64,000 nt of DNA from assembly GCA_965217585.1 (NCBI GenBank), contig OZ244561.1:7136001-7200000 (forward strand), read 5' to 3'. The notes below the pieces were generated by a model, which ran no database searches, was not told the DNA's origin, and saw only the letters and a list, made by a program, of their open reading frames with translations. Of the stretch, positions 30,688-41,160 are shown in pieces (the stretch's first letter is position 1; each line of letters starts with the position of its first letter). The position numbers and the translations under genes were made by a program. The DNA is from Candidatus Latescibacterota bacterium. Lineage in GTDB: Bacteria; Latescibacterota; UBA2968; UBA8231.

Positions 30688-32819
30688 GGAATTTACGTGG
30701 TACACTGCTGGTTTTTGCTCTGTCACTGACGACAACCCTCGCCCATGCCCAGAGCGCCGACGACTCACTCCACGTCGTCGACGAGACCATTGTCACCGGC
30801 TCGCGCCTGGCCATTCCCCGCGCCAATGCCATCGCCACCAAAATGCCACTGCCCCTGCGCAAAACCCCCTTGAGCGTCGGGATCGTCCCCCAAGCCCTGA
30901 TCGAGACCCAAGACGGCGCGACCCTCAGCGACGCGCTGGCCAATGTCAGCGGCGTCGGCGTCCACACCAACTTTGGCGTCCACGATCTGTTCTATCTGCG
31001 CGGCTTCGACTCGCTCGCCAACGGCTTGGTGCTCTCCGACGGAGTCCCCGAACCCGAAGCGACCTTCTACCAACTCTACAATGTGGATCGCGTCGAAGCC
31101 CTCAAAGGCCCCGGTGCCTTCCTCTACGGCGGCAACCCGCTGTCGGGCACCATCAACCTCGTCCGCAAACGACCAGACCCGGCGAGCAACTTTGCCCGCA
31201 TCAACGCCTCCTTAGGGAGCTTCTCCACCTACCGCGCCACCCTCGACGCTAGCCGCGCCCTATCCGCCCAGGGCCACGCCCTGTGTCTCAACGCCCTATG
31301 GCAGGAAGCGGCAGGCTACCGCGACGATAAAAACAGCTCGATCCTCGCCGTAAACCCAACGCTGCGGCTGGACCTCGGCGAGCGCTCGACGCTGCACCTC
31401 GACTTCGAGTATCTGACGAGCGAACATAGCTCCGACTCGGGGCTGCCCATCGTCGGCGGCGCGCTGCCCGACGTGCCGCGCACCCGCTCCTACCAGTCGC
31501 CCTTCGACCTTTCCGCACAGACCATCCTGCGCTTTCGCGCCAATTATGAATGGCATCTAACGCCTAATTTCACGTTGCGCGACAAACTCTACTACACCAG
31601 CCTCGACTGGCCCTCGCAGGGCACCCTCTTCAACGGAGCCTTCCCCAACGCGGCCGGTTCGCTGGACCTCGCCCGCACGTTGCTCGACCTCGACGACCAG
31701 CAGCGGATCGTCGGCAACCAGCTTGAAGGCCTGCTGGAACTGCAAACCAGCGGTATCGAGCACCAGCTCCTCTTTGGCGTCGAGATCGCCAACCTCGCCG
31801 ACGACTTCACCTTGGACGTGGCGCTGCTTTCGTTCGTCGATCTGTTCACCCTCGACGCGACATTGCCGCCGAGTCTGGCCCCCTTCATGCCAGCGGAAGC
31901 CGGGACCGATTCCCTCGTGGTCCCCCTCCCCGACCAAGCGACAGCCGGCCAGACCGCCGCGCAATCCCTCGCACCCTACTTTGTCGACCGCATAATCTTC
32001 AGCCCTCACTTCGAGCTACTGCTCGGCGGCCGCTTCGACCGGATCGACTACGAGGACGACCTCACCGCCACCAAACGCTCCTACCGGCAGCTAAGCCCGA
32101 TGCTCGGCGCGATCTTCGCCCCCACCCAGACCCTTTCGCTCTATGCCAATACGGGCCGCGCCTTTGCCGCGCCTTCCTCGCTAGTCGTCGGCGACCGCGA
32201 CGCCGAGGAAAGCACCCAATACGAGATCGGGGCCAAAGCCGCGCTGCTCGACGGCAACCTCAACGCCAACTTCGCCGTCTTTAACCTCGCCAAAGAGCAC
32301 ATCGCCATCCCCGACGACAACGGGATCACCCAGCAGGTCGGCGACCAGCGCTCTCGGGGCCTAGAGCTGGAACTGGCAGCGCGTCTAGCCCAAGGCTGGT
32401 ACGCCCAAGGCACCTATGCCTTTTTGGACGCCGAGCTGACGCGCTTCAACGAATCCGTATTCGTCCCCACCGCCGAGGGCTTCGTCCCCCAAGTCTTCGA
32501 CCGCACGGGCAATGTGCCGGCCTTCGCCCCCGAACACCTTTTGACGCTGTGGGCCGCCCACGACTTGGGCGAGAACCTCACCTTAGCCGCCGGCATCCGC
32601 TATGTCGGCAGCCAGTTCGTGGCCGAGGACAATGTCTATGCGATCGACGGTGCGCTAACGCTCGACTGCGGGCTGACCTACCGGCGGGGCCCGGGGCTGC
32701 TGCGGATAAACCTCAAGAACGCGACCGGCAGCGAATACGAGACCCGAGGTTTCGGGGGCACCTCGGTCATCCCGGCTGCTCCTTTCTCCTTCAAGGCGAC
32801 CCTCGGTTATTCGCTGTGA
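30684..32819 (+). CDS. TonB-dependent receptor
   Basis: Signal peptide, ETIVTG TonB-box-like, plug motif DRVEALKGP..LYG and beta-barrel C-terminus. Confidence 0.92.
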   Translation: MRNLRGTLLVFALSLTTTLAHAQSADDSLHVVDETIVTGSRLAIPRANAIATKMPLPLRKTPLSVGIVPQALIETQDGATLSDALANVSGVGVHTNFGVHDLFYLRGFDSLANGLVLSDGVPEPEATFYQLYNVDRVEALKGPGAFLYGGNPLSGTINLVRKRPDPASNFARINASLGSFSTYRATLDASRALSAQGHALCLNALWQEAAGYRDDKNSSILAVNPTLRLDLGERSTLHLDFEYLTSEHSSDSGLPIVGGALPDVPRTRSYQSPFDLSAQTILRFRANYEWHLTPNFTLRDKLYYTSLDWPSQGTLFNGAFPNAAGSLDLARTLLDLDDQQRIVGNQLEGLLELQTSGIEHQLLFGVEIANLADDFTLDVALLSFVDLFTLDATLPPSLAPFMPAEAGTDSLVVPLPDQATAGQTAAQSLAPYFVDRIIFSPHFELLLGGRFDRIDYEDDLTATKRSYRQLSPMLGAIFAPTQTLSLYANTGRAFAAPSSLVVGDRDAEESTQYEIGAKAALLDGNLNANFAVFNLAKEHIAIPDDNGITQQVGDQRSRGLELELAARLAQGWYAQGTYAFLDAELTRFNESVFVPTAEGFVPQVFDRTGNVPAFAPEHLLTLWAAHDLGENLTLAAGIRYVGSQFVAEDNVYAIDGALTLDCGLTYRRGPGLLRINLKNATGSEYETRGFGGTSVIPAAPFSFKATLGYSL

Positions 32820-34093
32820 GTGCCTGCGAACGCCTCAGTCGCGACGCGCTGGCGGAGCATCAGCTCCAACGCCTGCACACCCTGCTCAATCCCGTGCTGG
32901 AAACCAACGCATTTTACCGCCAGAAGCTCAACGCGGCCGGCATCACGCGGGCCGAGGACATCGCCACTCTCGACGACTTGGCCCGCCTCCCCTTCACCAC
33001 CCGCGCCGAACTGTCTGCCGACCAAGTCGCGCATCCCCCCTATGGCACCAACCTCACCTCTCCGCCCGAGTGCTACACCCGCATCCACCAGACCTCCGGC
33101 ACCACCGGCCAACGCCTGCGCTGGCTCGACACCGCCGAAAGCTGGGAGTGGTGGGGCCGCTGCTGGGCCCAAGTCTATCGCGCCGCTGGCGTCGGCGACC
33201 GCGACCGCATCTTTTTCGCCTTCTCCTTTGGCCCCTTCATCGGCTTCTGGAGCGGGCACCAAGGAGCCAGCCACATCGGCGCGCTGATCGTCCCCGGCGG
33301 CGGCATGTCTTCGGCACAGCGCCTAGACGCCATCGTCGAAAACGAGATCACCGTCCTCGTCTGTACACCAACGTATGCCTTGCACCTAGGAGAAGTCGCC
33401 CGCGATCGCGGCCTCGACCTTGCCGCGAGCAGCGTACACACCACCATCCACGCTGGAGAGCCAGGCGCGAATCTCCCGGCTACCCGCGCCCAAATCGAGC
33501 GCACCTGGGGTGCCCGCTGCTTCGATCACGCCGGGGCCACCGAGGTCGGCGCTTGGGGTTTCGACTGCCGCGAACAGGCTGGCTTGCATCTCAACGAGGG
33601 CGAATTCATCTGCGAGATCGTCGATCCGCAAAGCGGCGCACCCGCCGACGAGGGCGAGCTGGTCATCACCAATCTTGGCCGCATCGGAATGCCGATCCTC
33701 CGCTACCGCACCGGCGATCGCGTCGCCCTCAATCGCACGCCCTGCGACTGTGGCCGCACCTTCCAGCGGCTCCAAGGCGGCGTCACCGGTCGCCTCGACG
33801 ACGCCTTGCTCATCCGTGGCGTAGTCGTCTATCCCAGCGCCATCGAAAACGTCGTGCGTCAGTTCCCCGCCGTCACCGAATTCGCCGTTGACGTCCACCG
33901 GCGCAAAGCACTGGACGAGTTGGAAGTTCGCTTAGAACTGGACGGCAATGCCAACGACACCGCCGATCAAGTAGAACGCGCCCTCTCCCACCGGCTGGGC
34001 CTGCGCGCCGACATCCAAATCGCCGCGCCGAATACCCTGCCGCGCTTTGAACTCAAAGCCCAGCGCTTCACCGATCACAGGAGCCACACGTGA
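32816..34093 (+). CDS. Phenylacetate-CoA ligase (PaaK)-like adenylate-forming enzyme
   Basis: QTSGTTG, AGATE, RYRTGD and GRLDD motifs; GTG start overlaps the upstream stop. Confidence 0.85.
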   Translation: MSACERLSRDALAEHQLQRLHTLLNPVLETNAFYRQKLNAAGITRAEDIATLDDLARLPFTTRAELSADQVAHPPYGTNLTSPPECYTRIHQTSGTTGQRLRWLDTAESWEWWGRCWAQVYRAAGVGDRDRIFFAFSFGPFIGFWSGHQGASHIGALIVPGGGMSSAQRLDAIVENEITVLVCTPTYALHLGEVARDRGLDLAASSVHTTIHAGEPGANLPATRAQIERTWGARCFDHAGATEVGAWGFDCREQAGLHLNEGEFICEIVDPQSGAPADEGELVITNLGRIGMPILRYRTGDRVALNRTPCDCGRTFQRLQGGVTGRLDDALLIRGVVVYPSAIENVVRQFPAVTEFAVDVHRRKALDELEVRLELDGNANDTADQVERALSHRLGLRADIQIAAPNTLPRFELKAQRFTDHRSHT

Positions 34094-35346
34094 GCGACGT
34101 CATCGTCATCGGCGGTGGCCCCGCCGGCAGCACCGTAGCCGCCCTCGTAGCCGCAACCGGTCGCCAAGTCCAGCTCTTTGAGCGGGAGCAGTTCCCCCGC
34201 TTCGCGATCGGCGAGTCCCTGATGCCGGATACCTACTGGACGTTCAAACGGCTCGGCGTACTCGGCCGACTCAAAGACAGCGCCTTCCCCCGCAAGCACA
34301 GCGTGCAGTTTTTCGGCAAGTCGGGTCGCGGCTCGGCACCCTTCTACTTTTCTGACACCAACCCCCACGAGAGTGCGGTAACTTGGCAGGTCCTGCGCGG
34401 TCCATTCGACGAGATGCTCCTCGACAACGCCCGCGCCAAAGGCACCCAAGTGCATCAGGGTGCCCGGGTGCTCGAAGTGCTGTTCGAAGGGGAGCGCGCA
34501 AGGGGCGTGCGCGCCAAGCTCGCCGACGGCCAAACCCGCGATTTTGCCGCCCAAGTCGTCGTCGATGCCACCGGCCAGAGTGCGCTGATCGGCCGCAAAC
34601 TCAAGCTGACCAAGCCCGAGCCCGAGCTGAAGAAGGCTTCGATCTACACCCACTATCGCGGCGGCCAGCGCGACGAGGGCATCGACGAGGGCGCGACCTT
34701 GATCCTCCACACCGAAAACCGAGACTCCTGGTTTTGGTACATTCCCCTGTCCGACGACAAGGTCAGCGTCGGCGTGGTCGGCGCAATCTCCTATTTGGTC
34801 CAAGGCCGCAGAGAAGACGCGCAGACCATCTTCGACCAAGAGCTGGCCAAATGCCGACCCATGCAGGAGCGCCTGCAAAATGCCGAGCAACTCTTTCCGG
34901 TCAAGACCACCAAGGACTTTTCCTACCGCGCCAGCCGCATCGCCGGCGCGGGCTGGGTGTTGGTCGGCGACGCGTTCTGTTTTCTCGACCCGATGTACTC
35001 CTCGGGCGTGTACCTAGCCCTCAAATCCGGCGAGATGGCCGCCGACGCCATCGCCGGGGCCTTTGCCAAAGGAGATTTCTCTGCCGAGCAACTCGGGGTT
35101 TTTGGCCCCGAACTAGTGCGCGGCATGGAGGCGGTGCGCAAAATGGTGTACGCCTTCTACTCCAAGGACTTCAGCTTCGCCGAATTCCTCAAACGCCATC
35201 CCGAGTGCAAACAGGGGGTCGTCGACGTTCTGAGCGGCAACCTCTTCAGCGAGCACGTCGAGCCTATTTTCGGGCCGATGAGCGAGGTCTGCCAGATGCC
35301 CGCCGCCGTCCCCTTAACCCCGCAACCTTCAGGAGCAACACCATGA
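34090..35346 (+). CDS. FAD-dependent oxidoreductase, flavin-dependent halogenase-like
   Basis: GGGPAG, IGESLMP, WFWYIP (WxWxIP) and GDAFCFLDPMYSSGV motifs. Confidence 0.8.
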   Translation: MSDVIVIGGGPAGSTVAALVAATGRQVQLFEREQFPRFAIGESLMPDTYWTFKRLGVLGRLKDSAFPRKHSVQFFGKSGRGSAPFYFSDTNPHESAVTWQVLRGPFDEMLLDNARAKGTQVHQGARVLEVLFEGERARGVRAKLADGQTRDFAAQVVVDATGQSALIGRKLKLTKPEPELKKASIYTHYRGGQRDEGIDEGATLILHTENRDSWFWYIPLSDDKVSVGVVGAISYLVQGRREDAQTIFDQELAKCRPMQERLQNAEQLFPVKTTKDFSYRASRIAGAGWVLVGDAFCFLDPMYSSGVYLALKSGEMAADAIAGAFAKGDFSAEQLGVFGPELVRGMEAVRKMVYAFYSKDFSFAEFLKRHPECKQGVVDVLSGNLFSEHVEPIFGPMSEVCQMPAAVPLTPQPSGATP

Positions 35347-35567
35347 ACGCCACCGTCCGCCGGCTCCTCTACCTGGGGCTTCTGATCCTCTACCTCCTGC
35401 ACAACGACCTCTGGCTCTGGGACGATCCGCGCATCGTCTTCGGGCTGCCCATCGGCTTGCTCTACCACATCGGCTTCTGCGTGGCCGCTACCGGGCTAAT
35501 GGTCTTGCTGGTCAACTACGCCTGGCCGTCCGAGTTAGACGCAGAGGACGAGGAGCAAGCCGCATGA
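35343..35567 (+). CDS. Small two-TM membrane protein (DUF3311-like partner of solute symporter)
   Basis: 74 aa with two hydrophobic segments, coupled directly upstream of the SSS gene. Confidence 0.7.
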   Translation: MNATVRRLLYLGLLILYLLHNDLWLWDDPRIVFGLPIGLLYHIGFCVAATGLMVLLVNYAWPSELDAEDEEQAA

Positions 35568-37018
35568 CCACGACCATCATCTTCTGCTACCTAGGCCTAG
35601 TACTCTGCATCGGCGTCCTCTCCAATCGCTTCTTTCGCGGCACTGGCGAGGACTACTTTGTCGCCAGCCGCTCCATCGGCCCCTTCCTGTTGCTGATGTC
35701 GCTGTTTGGCACCAACATGACCGCGTTCGCCATCTTAGGGGCCTCCGGCGAAGCCTACCACACCGGTATCGGCGTCTTTGCCCTGATGCCTTCGGCCTCG
35801 GCCCTGATTATCCCCACTGTCTTCTTCTTCATCGGCACCCGCGTCTGGGCGCTGGGCAAGCGTCACAACCTCCTCACGCAGGTCCAGTATTTCCGTCGCC
35901 GCTGGGACTCCGACGGCTTGGGCCTGCTGCTCTTCGTGGTCATGATCGCGCTGCTCATCCCCTACCTGCTCATCGGCGTCATGGGCGGCGGCATTACCCT
36001 CGCCCAAATCACCAAAGGGCAGATCCCCCAATGGGCCGGTGGCATGCTGGTCTGCTTGGTGGTACTGGCCTACGTCAGCTTCGGCGGCATGCGCGGCACC
36101 GCCTGGGCCAACGCCTTCCAAACGCTGGTCTTTATGATTCTCGGCGGTGTGGCCTTCTTCGTCATCGTCGATAAGCTGGGCGGGCTGGACAGCGCGTTAG
36201 CACAAGTCACGGCGGCGCACCCCGAGCTACTGATCAAGGGGGACAATATCAGCCCGATCAAACTCCTAACCTATACCTGTATCCCGCTCTCGGTCGGCAT
36301 GTTCCCCCACCTTTTCACCCACTGGCTCACCGCTAAAAGCGCCCGCACCTTTCGCTGGCCGCTGATGTTCTACCCGCTGTGCATCGCCATCGTTTGGATT
36401 CCCAGCGTGTTATTGGGCATCTTCGGCAGCATTGACTTCCCCGGCCTCAAGGGCCCGGCGGCCAACTCAGTGCTGGTCAAGATGATTGACCTACACGCCC
36501 CCGGCGCACTGGCCGGCCTGCTCGCCGCCGGAGTCTTCGCCGCCATCATGTCTTCGCTCGACTCGCAGGTGCTCTCCATCAGCAACATGTTCACCCAGGA
36601 CATCGTCCGTCACTACCGCAAGGGCGACGAGTTGAGCGAAAAGGCCCAAGTCCTGTGGGGCCGCCTCTTCGTGATTGCCATCTTCGCCGTTACCTACGTG
36701 CTCTCGCTGGTCTCGGCCCGCAGCATCTTCTCCCTCGCCATCTGGTCCTTCACCGGCTTTGCAGCGCTCTTCCCAGTGGTCGTCGCCGCCCTCTTCTGGA
36801 AGCGCAGCACCCAGTACGGCGCCTTCGCCTCCGTGCTCACCGTAGCCGTGCTGTGGTGCTATTTCTTCTTTCAGGGGTGGAAAGTGCCCGGCTATACGGT
36901 CGGCATGACCGGAGTAATGCCCGTGGTGGTGATCTTAGCCGCTTCTGCCGTGGCCATGATCGTCGGCTCGCTGTTGACCAAGCCACCGGCCAAAACCACC
37001 ATCGATAAATTCTTCTAG
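35564..37018 (+). CDS. Sodium:solute symporter
   Basis: EDYFVASRS, GGMRGTAW and AAIMSSLDSQ motifs; many TM helices. Confidence 0.92.
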   Translation: MTTTIIFCYLGLVLCIGVLSNRFFRGTGEDYFVASRSIGPFLLLMSLFGTNMTAFAILGASGEAYHTGIGVFALMPSASALIIPTVFFFIGTRVWALGKRHNLLTQVQYFRRRWDSDGLGLLLFVVMIALLIPYLLIGVMGGGITLAQITKGQIPQWAGGMLVCLVVLAYVSFGGMRGTAWANAFQTLVFMILGGVAFFVIVDKLGGLDSALAQVTAAHPELLIKGDNISPIKLLTYTCIPLSVGMFPHLFTHWLTAKSARTFRWPLMFYPLCIAIVWIPSVLLGIFGSIDFPGLKGPAANSVLVKMIDLHAPGALAGLLAAGVFAAIMSSLDSQVLSISNMFTQDIVRHYRKGDELSEKAQVLWGRLFVIAIFAVTYVLSLVSARSIFSLAIWSFTGFAALFPVVVAALFWKRSTQYGAFASVLTVAVLWCYFFFQGWKVPGYTVGMTGVMPVVVILAASAVAMIVGSLLTKPPAKTTIDKFF

Positions 37019-37020
37019 CG

Positions 37021-38304
37021 ATGCGCCTCGCCTATATCACGGCCGGTGCCGCCGGCATGTACTGCGGCAGTTGCATCCACGACAACGCGCTCGCTGCCGC
37101 CTTAACACGCCGCGATGCCGATGTCGCCCTCATCCCGACCTATACGCCGCTGCGCACGGACGAGGAAAACGTCTCGCTGGACCGCGTCTTCTACGGCGGC
37201 GTCAACATCTTTCTGCAACAGCAGTGGTCGTTTTTCCGCCGCACGCACCCCCTCGTCGACCGCGTCCTCGACTCCCCGTTCCTAATCCGCACCCTCGCGC
37301 ACTTTGGCTCCTCTACCAATGCCCGCGATCTAGGGCCGCTCACCGTCTCGATCCTCGCCGGTGAGGAGGGAAACCAACAAAAGGAACTCACCCGCCTCGT
37401 CGCCTGGCTCCAGCGCGACTTTAAACCCGACCTCATCCAGCTAACCAACGCCATGTTCGTCGGCATGGCCCGGCAATTGAAAGCACAACTAGGCGTCCCC
37501 GTCCTCTGCGCCCTCCAGGGCGAGGACCTGTTCTTAGATGGCCTAGTCCAACCTTGGAAAACCCAAGCCTTGGACATCCTGCGCCAACGCGCCCAAGACA
37601 TCGACGCCTTCATCGCCCCGTGTGAATACTACCAAGACTACATGGCCGAATACCTGCAGGTACCGCGCACAAAAATCCACGTGGTGCCGCTCGGCCTCAA
37701 CCTGACGGGACACGGGCAAGAGCCACCGCCCGCCGACGGCCCCTACAAAATCGGCTACCTCGCCCGCATCTGCCCCGAAAAGGGCTTTCACCTGCTCGTC
37801 GATGCCTTCCGCAAGTTAAAAGAGCAGCCCGAGTTTGCCTCCCTGCGCCTCGAAGCCGCCGGCTACCTCAGCGCCTACGACAAGCCCTACTTCGCCGAGC
37901 AGGTGCAAAAAATCCGCCGCTGGGGGCTAGCCGATTCGTTCACCTATCACGGCGAAGTCGATCGCCGCGAAAAAATCCGCCTGCTCTCTTCGCTCCACGT
38001 CTTCTCCGTACCTTCGGTTTACGCCGACCCCAAGGGTCTGTCGGTTCTCGAAGCCTTAGCCAACGGCATCCCGGTCATCCAGCCCGACCACGGCGCGTTC
38101 CCCGAGCTGATCGCGGCTACCGGCGGCGGTCTCCTCGTCACACCCGATTCCCCAGAGCCCCTAGCCAACGAACTTGCCGCCTTGCTGCACGATAAAAAAC
38201 GGCGACGCCAGCTCGGACAAACCGGCCAAGAAGCGGTCCACAGTCGCTTCCACGCCGACGCCATGGCCGCAGGGACGCTCGCCGTGTACGAGCAGTATCT
38301 GTAA
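37021..38304 (+). CDS. Glycosyltransferase family 4
   Basis: ARICPEKG and GLSVLEALANGIPV motifs. Confidence 0.88.
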   Translation: MRLAYITAGAAGMYCGSCIHDNALAAALTRRDADVALIPTYTPLRTDEENVSLDRVFYGGVNIFLQQQWSFFRRTHPLVDRVLDSPFLIRTLAHFGSSTNARDLGPLTVSILAGEEGNQQKELTRLVAWLQRDFKPDLIQLTNAMFVGMARQLKAQLGVPVLCALQGEDLFLDGLVQPWKTQALDILRQRAQDIDAFIAPCEYYQDYMAEYLQVPRTKIHVVPLGLNLTGHGQEPPPADGPYKIGYLARICPEKGFHLLVDAFRKLKEQPEFASLRLEAAGYLSAYDKPYFAEQVQKIRRWGLADSFTYHGEVDRREKIRLLSSLHVFSVPSVYADPKGLSVLEALANGIPVIQPDHGAFPELIAATGGGLLVTPDSPEPLANELAALLHDKKRRRQLGQTGQEAVHSRFHADAMAAGTLAVYEQYL

Positions 38305-38313
38305 AAAGGATTA

Positions 38314-38369
38314 GGCCCTCGAATCGGTGGGCATTGAAGTGGATCCGCTCAATCAGCGGCTGAAAAGAC
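38314..38369 (+). repeat. 56-bp copy of the 3' end of the aspartyl-protease gene (38843-38898)
   Basis: 54/56 identity by manual alignment. Confidence 0.85.
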
Positions 38370-38558
38370 GTTACCTACAATGCCCCTCAAAACAATGAGG
38401 TAAGCAAAAAATTTCTTAACCGCGAAATTCCCCGATACTAGTCAGTTATGTCCACAGCCCATGTCAAGAAGGTGCGGTTGACGTGTTAGGCGTCGTCTTG
38501 GAAGTTCTAACGAGTAGCGGGGAGAAGGCCCGCGAGACCTGCAAAAAAAGGAACGGAC

Positions 38559-38945
38559 ATGGGAGCCACGCACGTCACCGTAACTATTCGCAATCCGGCC
38601 GCACCAGACCGCACTTGGGAAGGGCTGTTTCTGGTCGATACGGGCGCGACGGATTGCCTCGTCCCAAGGCAGCATCTCGAAGCCATCGGTCTTGAGCCGC
38701 AAGGCCAGCGGACATACGAGTTGGCCAATGGGGCCGAACTCAAGCTCGACATCGGGGTCGGGCAAGTCGAATTCATGGGCGAATTCGTCGGCGGCACGAT
38801 TATCTTTGGCGACGCGGACGCCGAGCCGCTGCTAGGGGTAACGGCCCTCGAATCGGTGGGCATTGAAGTAGATCCGCTCAATCAGCAGCTGAAAAGACTT
38901 CCTGCGGTACGGCTTAAAAGGGCGGGCAAGGGAGCCGCTCCTTAA
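38559..38945 (+). CDS. Clan AA (retropepsin-like) aspartyl protease
   Basis: LVDTGAT and LLGVTALE motifs. Confidence 0.85.
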   Translation: MGATHVTVTIRNPAAPDRTWEGLFLVDTGATDCLVPRQHLEAIGLEPQGQRTYELANGAELKLDIGVGQVEFMGEFVGGTIIFGDADAEPLLGVTALESVGIEVDPLNQQLKRLPAVRLKRAGKGAAP

Positions 38946-38991
38946 TTTTAAACGCAATCACTACCCAAATGCGATGTCGGGGCTTTGTGCG

Positions 38992-39885
38992 TTAAATCTT
39001 CCCTGCGGCGACAAATTCGCGCAAGAGCGCCAAGAAAGCCTCCGTCGCCGGCGAACGCCGTCGCTGCCGGTGCTCGATTAGGCCTATTTGGCGTTTGGCC
39101 AATCCATTGACCTGTATAGCGCGTACTTTCCCTGCGGCGACTTCTGCTTCCACCGCCACCTCCGGCACCAGGGCAATACCCAACCCGATTTCCACGTAGC
39201 GCTTGATAATCTCGATCCCGCCGAGACTCATTTCGACCTGCAACGCCAAGCCCTCCCGCTGGAAAACTTCGTCGAGCAACTGCCGGCTGGTGCTCCCGCG
39301 TTCCAAGACCAGAAACGGATATTCGGCAAGCTGTTTAAGCCCTATCCTGCGCCTTTTGCCTAGCGCGTGGTCCGGGGGGCAAATAAGCACATCCCGCCGC
39401 TCAAAAAGCGACTTGCTGACCAAGTCGCGGTGCTTAACCGGCAATGTCGCCAACCCGAAGTCCACTTCGTCGTTGAGCACCAAGTTGCTCACCTCCGGCG
39501 ACATTCGATTGCGGATGTCCAACTCGACCGCCGGGTAGCGGGTGTGGAACTCGGCGAGTAAGCTAGGCAAAATATAGGTGCAGTTGGTATCGCTAGTCCC
39601 GATTGCCAGCCGCCCACGCAAGACCTGCTTGAGCGCCGCAATATCGTCGCGCGCCTGCTCCAGCTGGGAAAGCATCACCTTCGCATGGACAAAGAGGATC
39701 TCACCAGCTGGCGTCAGACGGAGCTGCCGCCGATTGCGCTCGAGTAGAATCTCGTCCAGTTCGTTCTCCAATGCCTTGATCTGTAGGCTGATGGCCGGCT
39801 GCGTCAGAAAGAGTTTGTCGGCCGCCCGCGTAAAGCTCTGCTCGCGGACGATTTCGCAGAAACTGCGCAATTGGTAGAGGTCCAT
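38992..39885 (-). CDS. LysR-family transcriptional regulator
   Basis: SFTRAADKLFLTQPAISLQIKALE HTH. Confidence 0.95.
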   Translation of the reverse strand: MDLYQLRSFCEIVREQSFTRAADKLFLTQPAISLQIKALENELDEILLERNRRQLRLTPAGEILFVHAKVMLSQLEQARDDIAALKQVLRGRLAIGTSDTNCTYILPSLLAEFHTRYPAVELDIRNRMSPEVSNLVLNDEVDFGLATLPVKHRDLVSKSLFERRDVLICPPDHALGKRRRIGLKQLAEYPFLVLERGSTSRQLLDEVFQREGLALQVEMSLGGIEIIKRYVEIGLGIALVPEVAVEAEVAAGKVRAIQVNGLAKRQIGLIEHRQRRRSPATEAFLALLREFVAAGKI

Positions 39886-40003
39886 TCGAAGTCTCTCATT
39901 TATTTCAGTTATTCTTAGAATAATATATATAAATTTTTATTATGATACAATTTCGCTTATCGTCAGAGGCGTCAACCAATTCACTCTTTAAATGGAGGTC
40001 GCT

Positions 40004-41023
40004 ATGAGCGCCATCATCGTCGTTGACGCCTTCTGGGGCGATTCGGGTAAAGGCAAGGTCGCCGCCTTCCTCGCGCGAAAACACCAAGCCGCCTACAGTG
40101 TCCGAGCCGGGATCGGCACCAACGCCGGGCACAGTATCCTCTTTGCCGACGGCAGCGAAATCCGCACTCGGCAGCTACCTTGCGGCTTTCTCCACCCCGA
40201 CACGCAACTGCGCGTCGGCAGCGGCGTCGCCGTCGATCCCGAGCTGTTCTGCGCCGAACTCGACCAGCTAGACCCGAGCTATGGGCTGCGCGAGCGGACT
40301 CGCGTCGATTACCGCTGCCCGCTGATCCTGCCCGAGTATCGCCAACGCGAAGCGGCTGACGTCTTTCTGCAGGAACACGGCACCACCGCCAGCGGCAGCG
40401 GCGTCGCCCGCGCCGAATTCGCCCTGCGCAAAGCGCGCCAAGCCCGCGACGAACAGATCCTCGCGGACTACACCGCCGACGTCGCCCGCGAGCTCAACGA
40501 GAGTTGCCTACGCGGTGAAACCATCGTCGTCGAGGGCAGCCAAGGCACCCACCTGTCGCTAGCCCTGAGCGATGACTATCCCGACTGTACCTCGGACAAC
40601 TGTACCACCGCCGCCTTTGCCGATGACGTCGGGCTCAACTGGCGCCATATCGCAGAAGTCTGCTTGGTGGTCAAAGCCGTGCCTAGCCGCGTCGGCACGG
40701 GCCCCCTACCACTGCAATTGACGCCAGCGGAGGAGGAACGCCGGGGCATCGTCGAATACGGAGTGGCGACCGGGCGACGGCGGCGCAAAGCCGCGGGTAT
40801 CTCCTGGCCACATTTGGAAACAGCCGTCCTCCTCAACGGTCCCACCCAATTAGCCCTGACCTTCTGCGACCACCTCGACCCCGAGGTCGCCGGCGCACGC
40901 CACCGCAGCGCATTGACCGCGCCCGTCCGACACCTCATTGACGAGTTAGAGGAGCGGTTCAACATTCCTGTATCGCTCTGCGATTGTGGCGTACATTTCG
41001 AGAACCTCATCGCTATCAATTGA
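40004..41023 (+). CDS. Short adenylosuccinate synthetase-like protein
   Basis: WGDSGKGK, NAGH, EGSQG and TGRRRR motifs; 339 aa, similar in length to archaeal PurA; GGAGG RBS. Confidence 0.8.
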   Translation: MSAIIVVDAFWGDSGKGKVAAFLARKHQAAYSVRAGIGTNAGHSILFADGSEIRTRQLPCGFLHPDTQLRVGSGVAVDPELFCAELDQLDPSYGLRERTRVDYRCPLILPEYRQREAADVFLQEHGTTASGSGVARAEFALRKARQARDEQILADYTADVARELNESCLRGETIVVEGSQGTHLSLALSDDYPDCTSDNCTTAAFADDVGLNWRHIAEVCLVVKAVPSRVGTGPLPLQLTPAEEERRGIVEYGVATGRRRRKAAGISWPHLETAVLLNGPTQLALTFCDHLDPEVAGARHRSALTAPVRHLIDELEERFNIPVSLCDCGVHFENLIAIN

Positions 41024-41074
41024 TCTCTCGACAGCGACTAGCCTGCTGGAAGCCTCTCTTCAAGCGTGGGTCTT

Positions 41075-41122
41075 GTAGAGGTGGCGTAACGTCAGTTAAA
41101 ACTGACGTTACGCCACCTCTAC
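41075..41122. repeat. GTAG-type palindrome with 22-bp arms (core GCGTAACGTCAGT)
   Basis: Perfect inverted repeat; related copies at 58893-58929 and 59966-59984. Confidence 0.85.
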
Positions 41123-41160
41123 CTTCGCAGGGGCAGGCTCTTATGCCCGTTTGGTGCCTG

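Noticed and set aside
38331-38870. CATTGAAG resembling the CRISPR repeat 3' end
   Set aside because: Part of protease codons (GIEV); no hairpin or other repeat sequence.
40004-41023. PurZ (Z-genome) assignment
   Set aside because: Catalytic Asp is retained (WGD) where PurZ has Ser, and there are no phage, dATPase or polymerase genes nearby.
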